In this document: one piece after another, positions 19,300 to 28,732 of the stretch
Layout of the letters: each line of letters begins with the position of its first letter
Position numbering within the stretch: the first letter of the stretch is position 1
Virus record (IMG/VR): IMGVR_UViG_3300022177_000069
Location: 1 to 44,149 of that record
Source: a virus
Lineage: Duplodnaviria; Caudoviricetes
Reading direction: 5' to 3' (one strand)
Length of the DNA: 44,149 nucleotides
Notes under the pieces: model-generated
What the model saw: the letters and a program-made list of their open reading frames with translations, nothing else
Databases searched by the model: none
What the model was told of the DNA's origin: nothing
Position numbers and translations under genes: made by a program

Positions 19300-19815
19300 C
19301 TACTTCACCCTCATCCTCAACGCATTCACAACAGCATCCGCATTCATTTTAGCCACCTTATCAGCAAGTTCCGGAACGTGCTGATCCAGAATCGGGTTAA
19401 ACCATTCCACCGGTTGCCGACGACCGGGTCCTATCAGGACAGATTTTTCAGCTGATCGGTTTTTACTTTTTGCATAAGCTTTTAATATATCCCCAGGCCT
19501 GGAACCCCGGACGACCATCCCTCCAACCATAACATATCCTCTTCCAACGCCTTTATGTACAAATACACCATGGCGCTCGAACCGGAATCCTACGCCATCA
19601 ATAATACCGTAATCCTGGTGCGTTCGATAAGCCATATTATCCCTTAGCTTAAACTCTGTCCGACTCTGCAGACGTTTTACTCCTCTGGTAACAGCACCAG
19701 ATTTACCTTTTTGCATACGCAGAACGCTACCAACGAGTTTTCGCCTGACCATGGCAGCCCATCGACGAATCATTTGGTTGTAATCTGTCGATAATTCGGG
19801 AGTCATTGAAGCCAT
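19300..19815 (-). CDS. Putative tail-completion / neck protein
   Basis: Basic 171 aa protein (HGVFVHKGVGRG) in the head-tail gene block. Confidence 0.45.
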   Translation of the reverse strand: MASMTPELSTDYNQMIRRWAAMVRRKLVGSVLRMQKGKSGAVTRGVKRLQSRTEFKLRDNMAYRTHQDYGIIDGVGFRFERHGVFVHKGVGRGYVMVGGMVVRGSRPGDILKAYAKSKNRSAEKSVLIGPGRRQPVEWFNPILDQHVPELADKVAKMNADAVVNALRMRVK

Positions 19816-20297
19816 TTCTCAAAGTTAACTTCGCGGGAATACCTGCAATCGATATCAAAAGTAAATCGAATCCCGTAATGGTTGCCCATCTCAGTCGCCA
19901 GGAGATTACCCTCCACACTCTCCAGGTCAAAATCCCGCACCGGTGATGTTTTATCCCTTTTGTCAGCATTGATGCGCGAAAGGATATCATCCCCGATCTC
20001 CTCCAACCGGTCCCAAGCTTCATGAATCTTGTCATGGTTCCCGGGATCCCCCACGTGATCCAGCAGTATGAAAGCACCCTGGCGTTTCTTCACCGGATTA
20101 TCAGCTTTCATATCCTTATACGTAAACCGATAGCCTTCCAGAATAAAAGCAGGGTATTTCAGCTTATTGATTCCGGTGAGTACTTCATCCACTTCAAAAC
20201 GGTAAAAATGTTTCTCGGTTTCGGAGTGCCTGATTTCTTTATGGTTTGTTGCCAGTTTTTTAAAATAGGTTATTAGCTCGCTGAATGTCGTTCTCAT
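19803..20297 (-). CDS. Putative tail terminator / head-tail protein
   Basis: YPA motif and acidic alpha/beta pattern; position in the head-tail block. Confidence 0.45.
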   Translation of the reverse strand: MRTTFSELITYFKKLATNHKEIRHSETEKHFYRFEVDEVLTGINKLKYPAFILEGYRFTYKDMKADNPVKKRQGAFILLDHVGDPGNHDKIHEAWDRLEEIGDDILSRINADKRDKTSPVRDFDLESVEGNLLATEMGNHYGIRFTFDIDCRYSREVNFEKWLQ

Positions 20298-20301
20298 TTT
20301 G

Positions 20302-21036
20302 TTATGACATTGTAGATTCCTTTATCTTCCTGCTGATCCATCTCAGAACAACATGGACCGGCAGCTCTGAATATTTATCCTGGTTGACAATATCATCCCC
20401 CACCACTGATTCAAAAACCTTTACCCATCCGTCTCCCCCTTTTCGTTTCTCCCCCGGTTTTGGTTTCTGGAATACGAGCGGATAGGCATGTGTAAGAAAC
20501 TCTTTAACCAAGCGGTAATTGATGGCTATTGCACAACGGACAACAAGCGGGGCCTTTCCGGCAATTAATGCCAACGGCTCAATATTCTCACTCTTGAATT
20601 TTGAGCCTTCAGGAAGGTACAAACAACCGATAAATTTGTCAAGGTCCACATCCTTTTGGCTCTCTGCCCAGGTTGAGTAATAAGTATCAGCGAACATAAA
20701 CTGCCCGAATGTCATATCCTGTAGCCTGGGTCTGGGGGCTCTCAGAACACCGGCTTTCCTGATAATAAAATGACTGAAGGGTTTATAATCAGTCAGAAAA
20801 TTCAATTCCTGAGCCAGGGAAAAGCGCTGATATGTATCCAGGCGTTTGATAATCCACTTTCTCACCCCGCACATCTCGGCCAGCATCTTTTCTTCCGAGG
20901 TTTCACCCAGGTAATTCAATGCTATTACAATAAGCTGCCTGGGGCTAACCTCACTCCAGCGCTCAGGAATATTGCTTTGGACGCTCCCGCGCATCCAGAA
21001 TGTCCGGTAATCAATTTCAATGGTTTTCATGCCCAA
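20302..21036 (-). CDS. Phage protein, possible tail-assembly chaperone
   Basis: IPERWSEV and MTFGQF..AD internal motifs; position in the morphogenesis block. Confidence 0.4.
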   Translation of the reverse strand: MGMKTIEIDYRTFWMRGSVQSNIPERWSEVSPRQLIVIALNYLGETSEEKMLAEMCGVRKWIIKRLDTYQRFSLAQELNFLTDYKPFSHFIIRKAGVLRAPRPRLQDMTFGQFMFADTYYSTWAESQKDVDLDKFIGCLYLPEGSKFKSENIEPLALIAGKAPLVVRCAIAINYRLVKEFLTHAYPLVFQKPKPGEKRKGGDGWVKVFESVVGDDIVNQDKYSELPVHVVLRWISRKIKESTMS

Positions 21037-22007
21037 AAGGTTCTTTTACCAGAGTTATCACGATTATGTAATCCATGCCGGGGAAACTGATATCCACCCC
21101 AGGCATCTGCATTTTCATTCAGATATTGCTTGAGCTGCAGCAGATAACTTTCACCCAGTCCCTTGTTACGTTTAACCAGGTTTTGTACCCTCTCAATTTC
21201 AGCCGGTGATTTAACAGTATCGCTCATCATTGTGAGGCCCCGGCCTTCAAAAAACAAGCCTTTGTCAGTCAGATCCGCCCCGCTGTCCTCCATCAGCATT
21301 GCAACGGCCAGAAATGCAACAGGCTTTCTGATCAGGGGAAGGATGGCTGAGACTTTGAGATCCGGTTCATCCTTCAGCATCTCAGCTTTAATAAAATCCA
21401 TGTTCTCCTGGTTGATGATATGGCGTATGCTCAGATCTTCAACTACTTTTACATAAGGCTGCAACCTCATAAATATCAGCCGGCTGCTGCCGATAAAGTA
21501 AATGGAATTGAACGTTTTGGTATCCGGGACAAATGCCCCCTTCAGGAACTTCCAGGATTCAGACTCTTTGAATACTTCAAAATGCTCAATGTTGGATTCA
21601 ATGTAATCCAGAACGGCATCCAGGCTGTTAAAACCAGTGGATTTGAAATAATCCTTCAGACTGTCCTCCTGGTACTTGAACAGGCCTTTTACTTTGTCAG
21701 TCTCTATTCTCCGGAACCCACCGTCAGAGATATAAGCATTCAGCACATCATAACCTGACCAGTAAGCCAGGTGAACCTCTGAGCGGTGTACCAATTTTAA
21801 AAGCTCACGGAATTGCGTTTCATGCTCCTGTAGGTTATCAGGAATAGTCTCGCTTGTAAAACTCTCCAGGCTATCGTAAAGCTCACCAAGTAGGGGCTTA
21901 AGGTAAGTCTGTTCTGCCGTTTCCAGATGTGGCCGCAACCGGTCCGGATCGACAGCATCACTCACCGGCAGAATTTCTTTAATATCCTCAAGTGATTTAA
22001 TAAGCAT
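21027..22007 (-). CDS. Putative head-tail adaptor (DUF6712-like)
   Basis: Two internally similar halves (AEQTYLKPLLG / VEDLSIRHII); immediately after the portal. Confidence 0.5.
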   Translation of the reverse strand: MLIKSLEDIKEILPVSDAVDPDRLRPHLETAEQTYLKPLLGELYDSLESFTSETIPDNLQEHETQFRELLKLVHRSEVHLAYWSGYDVLNAYISDGGFRRIETDKVKGLFKYQEDSLKDYFKSTGFNSLDAVLDYIESNIEHFEVFKESESWKFLKGAFVPDTKTFNSIYFIGSSRLIFMRLQPYVKVVEDLSIRHIINQENMDFIKAEMLKDEPDLKVSAILPLIRKPVAFLAVAMLMEDSGADLTDKGLFFEGRGLTMMSDTVKSPAEIERVQNLVKRNKGLGESYLLQLKQYLNENADAWGGYQFPRHGLHNRDNSGKRTFWA

Positions 22008-22009
22008 GG

Positions 22010-23356
22010 CTATGAAAGTTTTTTAGTGGTACCTGCTCCTGTGTCAAGAGTTGTCAGAATTGTACTCCGGAAGCGAAGCTGAATATCTTTAACACCATTG
22101 AAATGGAGATAGAGCTCCAGAGGATCCAGCAGATTCTGGCGGTCCAACCATGAGTTGGCAATATTCACCAGGAAAGCTTCCCGGATATTACTCCCCCCCT
22201 GGTTCCCTGAGTATGTCCCCCCGGGCATACCGGCACCCAGAACATTCGGGTTCAGCATCAGGCTGAAAAGGATTTCTGAATTTGCAGCTGCAGAAGTAAT
22301 TAGTTTATCATTCTCCTTGTACTTGTTGTCCAGGGCTGTGATGATCCACTGTTCTTCAGCTTTTCCATTCTGAGGATTGATTTCGAAGAATGTGAATATG
22401 GGTTTATCAGCATTCTCCATACCACACAGGTTTTCTTCAATCCTGTCCATGTATTGTTCAATAGCCTGTTGCCTGGCTTCAATACTTTTATACTCTGCTG
22501 CCGGAAACTTACGGTCCCAGAAGGCATAAGGGATTTGCACATGCCATTTCCAGGTAATCTGGTTTTTGAATGCTTTCTTCAGGAATGCCGGCACCAGGCG
22601 GGCAACTTCCACCCATCCGGCCAGGTATGCAGCATACCAGATTGGCTCTGAATAGTAGTCGTTATTACTCCAGGAATCACGGATAGAGTAAACGAAAGAA
22701 TTTCCCTTAATCTGCCCTAACAAGCGACGGCGCTCCAGGTCGAAAAAAGGGTCATACTCATCCAATAGGTCAAAAACCTCAAACTCTCCCTCCCCTGGCT
22801 GATCAGGCCAGCGGCCACTTACCACACACTTTTCTATTACCCCGGCCTTTGCTTCAGTATACCGGGAATACATGGCATTGATGGTATGTATCCCGGCCAT
22901 CTGGGATCCGGAAGCATCAGGGATCAGCTGAACATCTGCCTTCCCGAATTTAAAGTAATCCCGGGCAGCCTTTTCCAGGTACCGGCGGACCATTCTCCCC
23001 TGGCAGAAGTTCACAATTTTCGGATCATCAATTACCTTAAGCTGCTCATTTCCCTGATCATCGTAACCGCTTACGATACAGGGAAAAATACCCTGTCCAA
23101 GTGTGAAGTTTCTGATAAATTTTAAACCGGTGTTCAACACTCCGACACTCCTGATAAGTTCATTTGCTTTGGTCGGAAAATCGTTATTGCTCCCCCAGGA
23201 GACAACAGTTCTCCCATCGACGGTAACCTTGTCATCCTGTTTCTCCAGCTGCTTCGAAATGGCAGGTTTTGCCGGCACCCCTTTGGTTTCGGCATTGTAC
23301 TTACTTCCAAAGGCAAGTAAGGGCGCCCCCTCTTTGTTGAAAAGTACATTACTCAT
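22010..23356 (-). CDS. Portal protein
   Basis: 448 aa; WGSNNDFP, YYSEP.W and GGSNIREA motifs typical of Bacteroidota prophage portals. Confidence 0.75.
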   Translation of the reverse strand: MSNVLFNKEGAPLLAFGSKYNAETKGVPAKPAISKQLEKQDDKVTVDGRTVVSWGSNNDFPTKANELIRSVGVLNTGLKFIRNFTLGQGIFPCIVSGYDDQGNEQLKVIDDPKIVNFCQGRMVRRYLEKAARDYFKFGKADVQLIPDASGSQMAGIHTINAMYSRYTEAKAGVIEKCVVSGRWPDQPGEGEFEVFDLLDEYDPFFDLERRRLLGQIKGNSFVYSIRDSWSNNDYYSEPIWYAAYLAGWVEVARLVPAFLKKAFKNQITWKWHVQIPYAFWDRKFPAAEYKSIEARQQAIEQYMDRIEENLCGMENADKPIFTFFEINPQNGKAEEQWIITALDNKYKENDKLITSAAANSEILFSLMLNPNVLGAGMPGGTYSGNQGGSNIREAFLVNIANSWLDRQNLLDPLELYLHFNGVKDIQLRFRSTILTTLDTGAGTTKKLS

Positions 23357-23625
23357 AAGATCACCCTTTTACCGTTCCATTCAATGATGTTGTCAATTCT
23401 CACAGGGTAAACATGTCCGGTTTTCTCTCCCTTCGGATCCACCGGCATTACCCCTCTCTGTCTGTTCGCTGCCACTTTCCAGGGAAGGCCTGAGGCGATT
23501 GCCCTCGGCAGGAATACCAGTTCGCCGGCCTTATTAACAAACTTGATTGAAAAAATCACCCTTTTCCCCTGGGGCGTTTCCTTGATATCGTACTCTCGTA
23601 AAACATCAGCTCTCCGGATCTTCAT
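23353..23625 (-). CDS. Small phage protein preceding portal
   Basis: 90 aa, FSIKFV...G and IIEWNG motifs; first gene after a late-promoter motif. Confidence 0.6.
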   Translation of the reverse strand: MKIRRADVLREYDIKETPQGKRVIFSIKFVNKAGELVFLPRAIASGLPWKVAANRQRGVMPVDPKGEKTGHVYPVRIDNIIEWNGKRVIL

Positions 23626-23640
23626 TTACTCTTGATTTTT

Positions 23641-23679
23641 GGCAAATCTATTTGTGCCGGATCCTTGTTAAAAGGACAA
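23641..23679 (-). promoter_or_regulatory. Late-promoter motif copy 3 (upstream of portal operon)
   Basis: Minus strand TTGTCCTTT-N21-AGATTTGCC; contains TAGATTTG, which matches TAnnTTTG. Confidence 0.7.
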
Positions 23680-23701
23680 CTTGAGCCACTTTATCAATCC
23701 C

Positions 23702-23868
23702 CTTTTCCAAGCTTACTGCAGCCTGCAGAAAATCAAAAAGCAGTAAGGGTGGAAAAGTCAGAAAAATCCGTGAGGATGGTGGGCTATCCCTATAAAAAAA
23801 AATAGGCGGACCATAGCCCACCATCCGAACACCGCTTAAGCGGCGGCAGGTTACGTATACACGTAACC
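23702..23868. repeat. Cluster of four inverted repeats downstream of radC-like gene
   Basis: CTTTTCCA..CTTACTGC/GCAGTAAG..TGGAAAAG (23702-23757); 14-bp GGATGGTGGGCTAT/ATAGCCCACCATCC (23774-23826); CCGCTTAAGCGG (23832-23843); GGTTACGT/ACGTAACC (23849-23868). Confidence 0.7.
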
Positions 23869-23887
23869 CACATATATAATTATCGCC

Positions 23888-24349
23888 CTAGATCATTCCA
23901 TCATCTGCAAAACTATAGTAGTTCCCTTCGGGGGTCAGAATTATATGATCCAGTAAATTAATATCAAGGAACCCAGCGCCCTCTTTGATCTTCTTGGTTA
24001 GCTTTATATCTGCCTCGCTTGGCCGGGTGTTCCCGCTCGGGTGGTTGTGGCATAGTATAATACTGGCGGCATGCGACAACAAAGCGGACTGCAGTATCAT
24101 TTTCGGGTCGGCCACAGTTCCGGCCTGCCCTCCTTCGCTTACGTTCATTATTCCGATAACACGGTTAGCCCGGTTTAACAGCATAACTTTAAAGCTTTCC
24201 CGGTAGGCAATTTGCGACATATCCCAAAAGTAAAAAAAGGTTTCAAAGCTTTGTTTGCTGCTTGTCATTATTGGCCTGTTCTTAGTATCCGGTTTCGAGG
24301 GTACATAAGAGAGTTTAACTTCTGCTATTTGATTAAAAAGAGTTTGCAT
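23888..24349 (-). CDS. RadC-like JAB/MPN domain protein (stand-alone)
   Basis: E...LLNRAN, HNHPSG..PS.AD and LLDHII motifs. Confidence 0.9.
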   Translation of the reverse strand: MQTLFNQIAEVKLSYVPSKPDTKNRPIMTSSKQSFETFFYFWDMSQIAYRESFKVMLLNRANRVIGIMNVSEGGQAGTVADPKMILQSALLSHAASIILCHNHPSGNTRPSEADIKLTKKIKEGAGFLDINLLDHIILTPEGNYYSFADDGMI

Positions 24350-24368
24350 AGTTCACAAGTTTTAAGAG

Positions 24369-24866
24369 TTAAAAAATATCATCCGTTACAGTTTCCGCGT
24401 GGGCGTGCTCAGTTTTCATTACCTGACCTTCGGGTTTATGATCCTTTTGTTTTTCCTCAGCTTTTCTTACCTGCTTTTCAGAAAAAAGGTAACAAAGCGG
24501 AAAAAAAAGGTTTTCCATGTCCTCAGTAGATATTCCCTTTTCCTTTTCCTCATCCCCTTCACGGGTTCCCACCGGCTGCCCCCACACGATAAAGGCTTTT
24601 TCACCTTTTTTTACCGTTGCTCCTTCTGCTTTCCATTGCATGAAGGTTTTAAACTCCTTTGCCCCGTCGGTCTGATATATGTAATTAAGCAACATAAAAT
24701 TAATGGTTCTGCTTGCCCAATAAAAAGCCTTCCCAGATTGGCCGGCTTCTTCGGCTTCTTTAATCAGCCTTGCCCGCAAGGCTTCGGCATCTCTGCTTAA
24801 GTTGCTTAAAATAATACGCTTTTGCCTCGTGGGGTTCTCTTCTTTTGTATCTTTGTTGCTGTTCAT
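24369..24866 (-). CDS. ArdC-like N-terminal ssDNA-binding domain protein
   Basis: FKTFMQWKAEGATVKKGEKA motif, ending in YLFSEKQV; no C-terminal HExxH protease domain. Confidence 0.7.
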   Translation of the reverse strand: MNSNKDTKEENPTRQKRIILSNLSRDAEALRARLIKEAEEAGQSGKAFYWASRTINFMLLNYIYQTDGAKEFKTFMQWKAEGATVKKGEKAFIVWGQPVGTREGDEEKEKGISTEDMENLFFPLCYLFSEKQVRKAEEKQKDHKPEGQVMKTEHAHAETVTDDIF

Positions 24867-24885
24867 AGCTGCGTTTTTTAACGTG

Positions 24886-24929
24886 GTTAAACATTTAGTA
24901 CTTTGGAGCGGGGGCGGCTACCCCCGCTC
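24886..24929 (-). repeat. Duplicated leader element, copy A
   Basis: Minus strand GGGGTAGCCGCCCC hairpin (extended 9-bp stem) followed by TACTAAATGTTTAAC, then CAGCTATG start. Confidence 0.75.
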
Positions 24930-24937
24930 TGTTTTTA

Positions 24938-25435
24938 TTAGGAAATGATTTCATTTTCAATGGCTTCCCGCTTCTCAATCATCCGGGACAAAACAAAGCT
25001 CAGAAGCTCCGTTATTACAGTAGGGTTCCGGAATTTAAAAACTTCCTCCTCACTTGAATAGCCTTTTTTTGATGACAGGCGAAGGGCGTAAACTTCTGAG
25101 GAAAAAACATCCTCCTCCGCTTCCTTCCTGACTTCTTCACCATGCTTTTCAAGTGTCAGAATAGAATTGTTCAGGGTGTTCAACCTGCTAACTAACTGCT
25201 GTTTTCGCTGGAAATAATTGATTTGATCGTCAAGGCTCTGCGGTGCTTTTGCGACCTGGGCGCGGAGTTGTTCCACCTCCCTGCGCAATTCCCTGACCTC
25301 TGCCGGTTCCGCTTGCATTGTGCGGATGGGGGTTTCCGTTTCTGCCTGCTCGGCAGCAGCTTCAATGGCGGTTTTTGTTTCCTCCGGAAGTTCTCCGGTA
25401 CCCATAGCTTGGGCGGGCTTCGTCTTTTTTGACAT
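24938..25435 (-). CDS. Hypothetical coiled-coil protein (165 aa from ATG 25435)
   Basis: Start chosen because it shares the CAGCTATG context of the next gene; the upstream ATG lies inside the repeated leader. Confidence 0.65.
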   Translation of the reverse strand: MSKKTKPAQAMGTGELPEETKTAIEAAAEQAETETPIRTMQAEPAEVRELRREVEQLRAQVAKAPQSLDDQINYFQRKQQLVSRLNTLNNSILTLEKHGEEVRKEAEEDVFSSEVYALRLSSKKGYSSEEEVFKFRNPTVITELLSFVLSRMIEKREAIENEIIS

Positions 25436-25450
25436 AGCTGTAAAAATTGA

Positions 25451-25483
25451 GTTAAACATTTAGTAATCCGGGGCGGCTACCCC
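25451..25483 (-). repeat. Duplicated leader element, copy B
   Basis: Identical GGGGTAGCCGCCCC (14 bp) and TACTAAATGTTTAAC (15 bp) blocks with a shorter spacer than copy A. Confidence 0.75.
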
Positions 25484-25496
25484 TTTAAAACTGATA

Positions 25497-25528
25497 CTAA
25501 TTTACAGCAAAAATTAATACTATGCAAA
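25497..25528 (-). promoter_or_regulatory. Host sigma-type promoter for RadC/ArdC module
   Basis: Minus strand TTTG-N20-TAAATTAG; near match to the Bacteroidota -33/-7 consensus with canonical spacing. Confidence 0.55.
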
Positions 25529-26146
25529 TAAAAACTGATGTTATAAATCTATATTTCAGTACGTTACATTCTATTATCATTCAGTTGACTTAATTGGCCT
25601 CTGTGCAGGAATAAAAAAATTTTCATCCTTTTTTACTCAAATTACTGCCAATAATTCTGCAAATCGCCTGTAATGGATCGGATTATTTAGAATAGGTATA
25701 AATTACCGGATTGTTACAGGTTAGCAATCCGGACTATATTTCAATAATGATCTGAATTTGTTTTACTTCCCCGGAATTTTAGGAAAAATTCCGGGTTCCT
25801 CTCAGAGAGACTGCCGAGCCTGCCCTATCCCGATAGGCAGAAAAAACGGCAGAAATGGCAGGATATATGCTATTAAACTACATGTATTTTCTTCTACTTA
25901 AGAAACGCCAGCCCTGCGGACAGTCCTATTGTGTCGCAAAACTTAAAGTTTTGCTCCGCTTTAGTATCATTGTCTATGACTGCTACAATTGCAGAAAAAC
26001 AAGCAGAAATTAAAATCTGAAACAGGACTGATCTTCCTGAAGGATGTGCAGTCCTTCCTATAGAAAAAAAGCGAAACTCTTAAAGCGGAATTGAATGCAG
26101 CTATATGTGTTGAGCTACATGCTATCAAAGATTCAATGGGGATAGA

Positions 26147-27850
26147 TTACAATCTGGGATCTATAAAAGTCCCAGATCTGAAAAGTCTGGAAGAATACTT
26201 CGTCCAAATTCTTTTATCTACGGCATCGCCAAAATGTGTGGCCTCCTCCGGAAGTACAGTTTTCTTTCGTTCCGAGCTTTTGTCTTTCTCATACCTTCCT
26301 TCCTTCTCAACCACTCTGGTGTTATTCATTGAGATAAGGGTGAACTTGCAATTCTTACCGTTAAATATAACCTTTGGATATAATGGATTTGACCCCTTCA
26401 GGATGTTGGACCATAACAGGTATTTTTCATGCTGCGGAGGTTCCTGACCTTTGTGCACCCGGGGGAAAACATTCCAGCCGTTTTTCTGGAAACGCTCTAT
26501 TGCCTGCTCATTATATGGCTTACTCCTTTTTGCATTAGGCTGCCGGCTGTCTCCATACCGATCCCGGTAATAAAACATTTCTTTGCACGCGTGATGCTCG
26601 TAGTACTCACATACTTTATCCACAACATCATCGATCACCACCCCTTCAGAATCATCAGGCTTACTGTAAAACTCATTGATTACGCAATCCACCGGCTCAA
26701 CAATCTTGGTAGCAAAATTATAATTGCGCTCCTGGCCAACACTGAAAAGGCAGATATGGGCACCCCAATCAGGAACAATCTCCAGGGGTTTGTTCGGATC
26801 ACAATCCAGGTCGAACCGGCTATCATGTTTCTCGAGCTTATTAAAATCCCAGTTTGTATTCTCGGCATAATCCCGGATAAAAGAATCATTAGAAGCATCA
26901 TAATAGACATGGCGCTGGCTGTCGATATGATAATAACAGTCCTCCACCCTGTCGATGATCCAGTTCATGATCTCAATAAGAAAGGTAAGCAGGGTTTGTT
27001 TTTTATATTCCCGGGCAATGTATGACATTCCCAGGTTAGTGATATTGTCAAAGGCATTAGCCAGGGTAAACAGTATACCATCTTTTGACACGAATGGAGT
27101 GATCTGCTTCTTGAGGCGGACCACTTCATTCCAGATGTCTTTAAAAAGGGCGGGCTTTTTATCCAGGTAAGCAGTAATCAGCTCCAGCTGGAGCTTTACA
27201 ACACGGTTCCAGATATCAAACAGCATGATACCGGCTTCCTCCTCATAATACTTACCATAATCCAATAGCCACTTCTGTTCCTGAAGGAATGGCATGGAAG
27301 AAACATAACGGAAACCGTGATGTTGCCGGATAGGTTTGGGCGATTTGAAACCAAAATATTCTTCATTCCCCCGGGATGTCGGGGATACCTCCTGATCATA
27401 CTGGGTTTTATCAATGGTTAGAGCTTCATCCACTATTTCCCTGTCCAGGTTGGGACCACGAGCAGAACCGGAACGATCCTGAGAAAGCATGAGATACCCG
27501 TTCCCATTCCGGAAACTGATAAAATTGTCATATTTCAGAATCCTCTCATAAGGCGAAAGCCCCCACCCTTTCGGGGGTTTGCGCCCGATAAGATAATCCT
27601 TGTCCTTTTCATATCCGAGCGATTCCAGGAATTTAAAAGTAGATGGCAGCGTTCGTGTTAACAGCTGCCCATAAGTCTGCCCGGTGATACCGGTAACGGC
27701 CCTGGGCATATTCCGGTTTATCTGGTTAATTTCCCAGCCAACAATAAAAGATTTACCGGTACCACGTCCCCAGATATCAACTTCCGAAACCGGATTATTG
27801 ATAACGGAGATCTGCTGGGGGTTATTGAGGGAAATTAATTCATTGATCAT
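26147..27850 (-). CDS. Terminase large subunit
   Basis: Walker A WGRGTGKS, Walker B EIVDEA, RNase H-like nuclease with PDWG and THFGDAVD. Confidence 0.85.
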   Translation of the reverse strand: MINELISLNNPQQISVINNPVSEVDIWGRGTGKSFIVGWEINQINRNMPRAVTGITGQTYGQLLTRTLPSTFKFLESLGYEKDKDYLIGRKPPKGWGLSPYERILKYDNFISFRNGNGYLMLSQDRSGSARGPNLDREIVDEALTIDKTQYDQEVSPTSRGNEEYFGFKSPKPIRQHHGFRYVSSMPFLQEQKWLLDYGKYYEEEAGIMLFDIWNRVVKLQLELITAYLDKKPALFKDIWNEVVRLKKQITPFVSKDGILFTLANAFDNITNLGMSYIAREYKKQTLLTFLIEIMNWIIDRVEDCYYHIDSQRHVYYDASNDSFIRDYAENTNWDFNKLEKHDSRFDLDCDPNKPLEIVPDWGAHICLFSVGQERNYNFATKIVEPVDCVINEFYSKPDDSEGVVIDDVVDKVCEYYEHHACKEMFYYRDRYGDSRQPNAKRSKPYNEQAIERFQKNGWNVFPRVHKGQEPPQHEKYLLWSNILKGSNPLYPKVIFNGKNCKFTLISMNNTRVVEKEGRYEKDKSSERKKTVLPEEATHFGDAVDKRIWTKYSSRLFRSGTFIDPRL

Positions 27851-28440
27851 GTCCTGAACAATTCTTCAGCTTCAGCTTCTGTTATCTCTTTGCCACCAAA
27901 CAAAGCACGGTTAAGTTCCTGAAGGGTCCCGGCAGGCAATTTCTCCAGGTTATTCATGTCTATCTTGACCGAGGTATTGTTATTCTGCACCAAGATGTAG
28001 AATGAATGCTTTTCAGTCCTGCGGGGATCCTCCAGTTCGGCTGGCCGTTCGCCCAGAATCTTTATAAGATTTGCATGCTCCATCGCGATAACCCGGTAAG
28101 CCTGCGGCGTGGCATTATTCCTGCAACGCTCAATATTTCTGACAATATCGTTAATGGTCCAGGTTTGCCAGAAATCATAATCGAACGTGTGGATGGTATT
28201 GAACAGGCGCATGGACAGGCGAAGATCTTCATAAGCCTGGGAGCGAGAAAGCTCGGGGAACTTCACCTGGTGAATTGCGACAGCCTGTTTTTGGATAGGA
28301 TTTTTATCCAGGACTTTTGCAATGGAAATTACCCTATCCAGTATCTCCTGCTGCTCTGGATTCAGTGGGGAATTATCCGGCTCCAGAATATGTGCCTTTA
28401 TCAACTCAAACCGGGTATCTTCAAGGGCCTTTCTACTCAT
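27847..28440 (-). CDS. Putative terminase small subunit
   Basis: Helical protein with HTH-like LSRSQAYEDL, directly upstream of and overlapping TerL. Confidence 0.5.
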   Translation of the reverse strand: MSRKALEDTRFELIKAHILEPDNSPLNPEQQEILDRVISIAKVLDKNPIQKQAVAIHQVKFPELSRSQAYEDLRLSMRLFNTIHTFDYDFWQTWTINDIVRNIERCRNNATPQAYRVIAMEHANLIKILGERPAELEDPRRTEKHSFYILVQNNNTSVKIDMNNLEKLPAGTLQELNRALFGGKEITEAEAEELFRT

Positions 28441-28732
28441 ATTTTGACCGATTATGCCAGTCTCGCATCATCTGCTGTGCCGGTGTGGAACCATGAAGGG
28501 CTGCCTGCTGGATGGCTTTTCGAAGATCAACCTCACTGTTCAATCTGCCTTTAGTGTATCTTCTGAAAGCTTCACTGGATTGTGCCCTCAGTTGAGTTAT
28601 AAACTCTTCTGGATCTACCTCAATATTAATGGCAATTTCTTCGGGAGTGAAGAATAAGGATGCCATACTTTCAATTTCCTTAAGTTGATCCTCTGTCAAA
28701 TACATCCGAAAGTGTTTTATAGTCAAAATCAA
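28433..28732 (-). CDS. Small HTH-like packaging-region protein
   Basis: FTPEEIAINIEVD HTH-like segment and A..GS.PA motif; true start probably MYLTED. Confidence 0.5.
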   Translation of the reverse strand: MILTIKHFRMYLTEDQLKEIESMASLFFTPEEIAINIEVDPEEFITQLRAQSSEAFRRYTKGRLNSEVDLRKAIQQAALHGSTPAQQMMRDWHNRSKYE

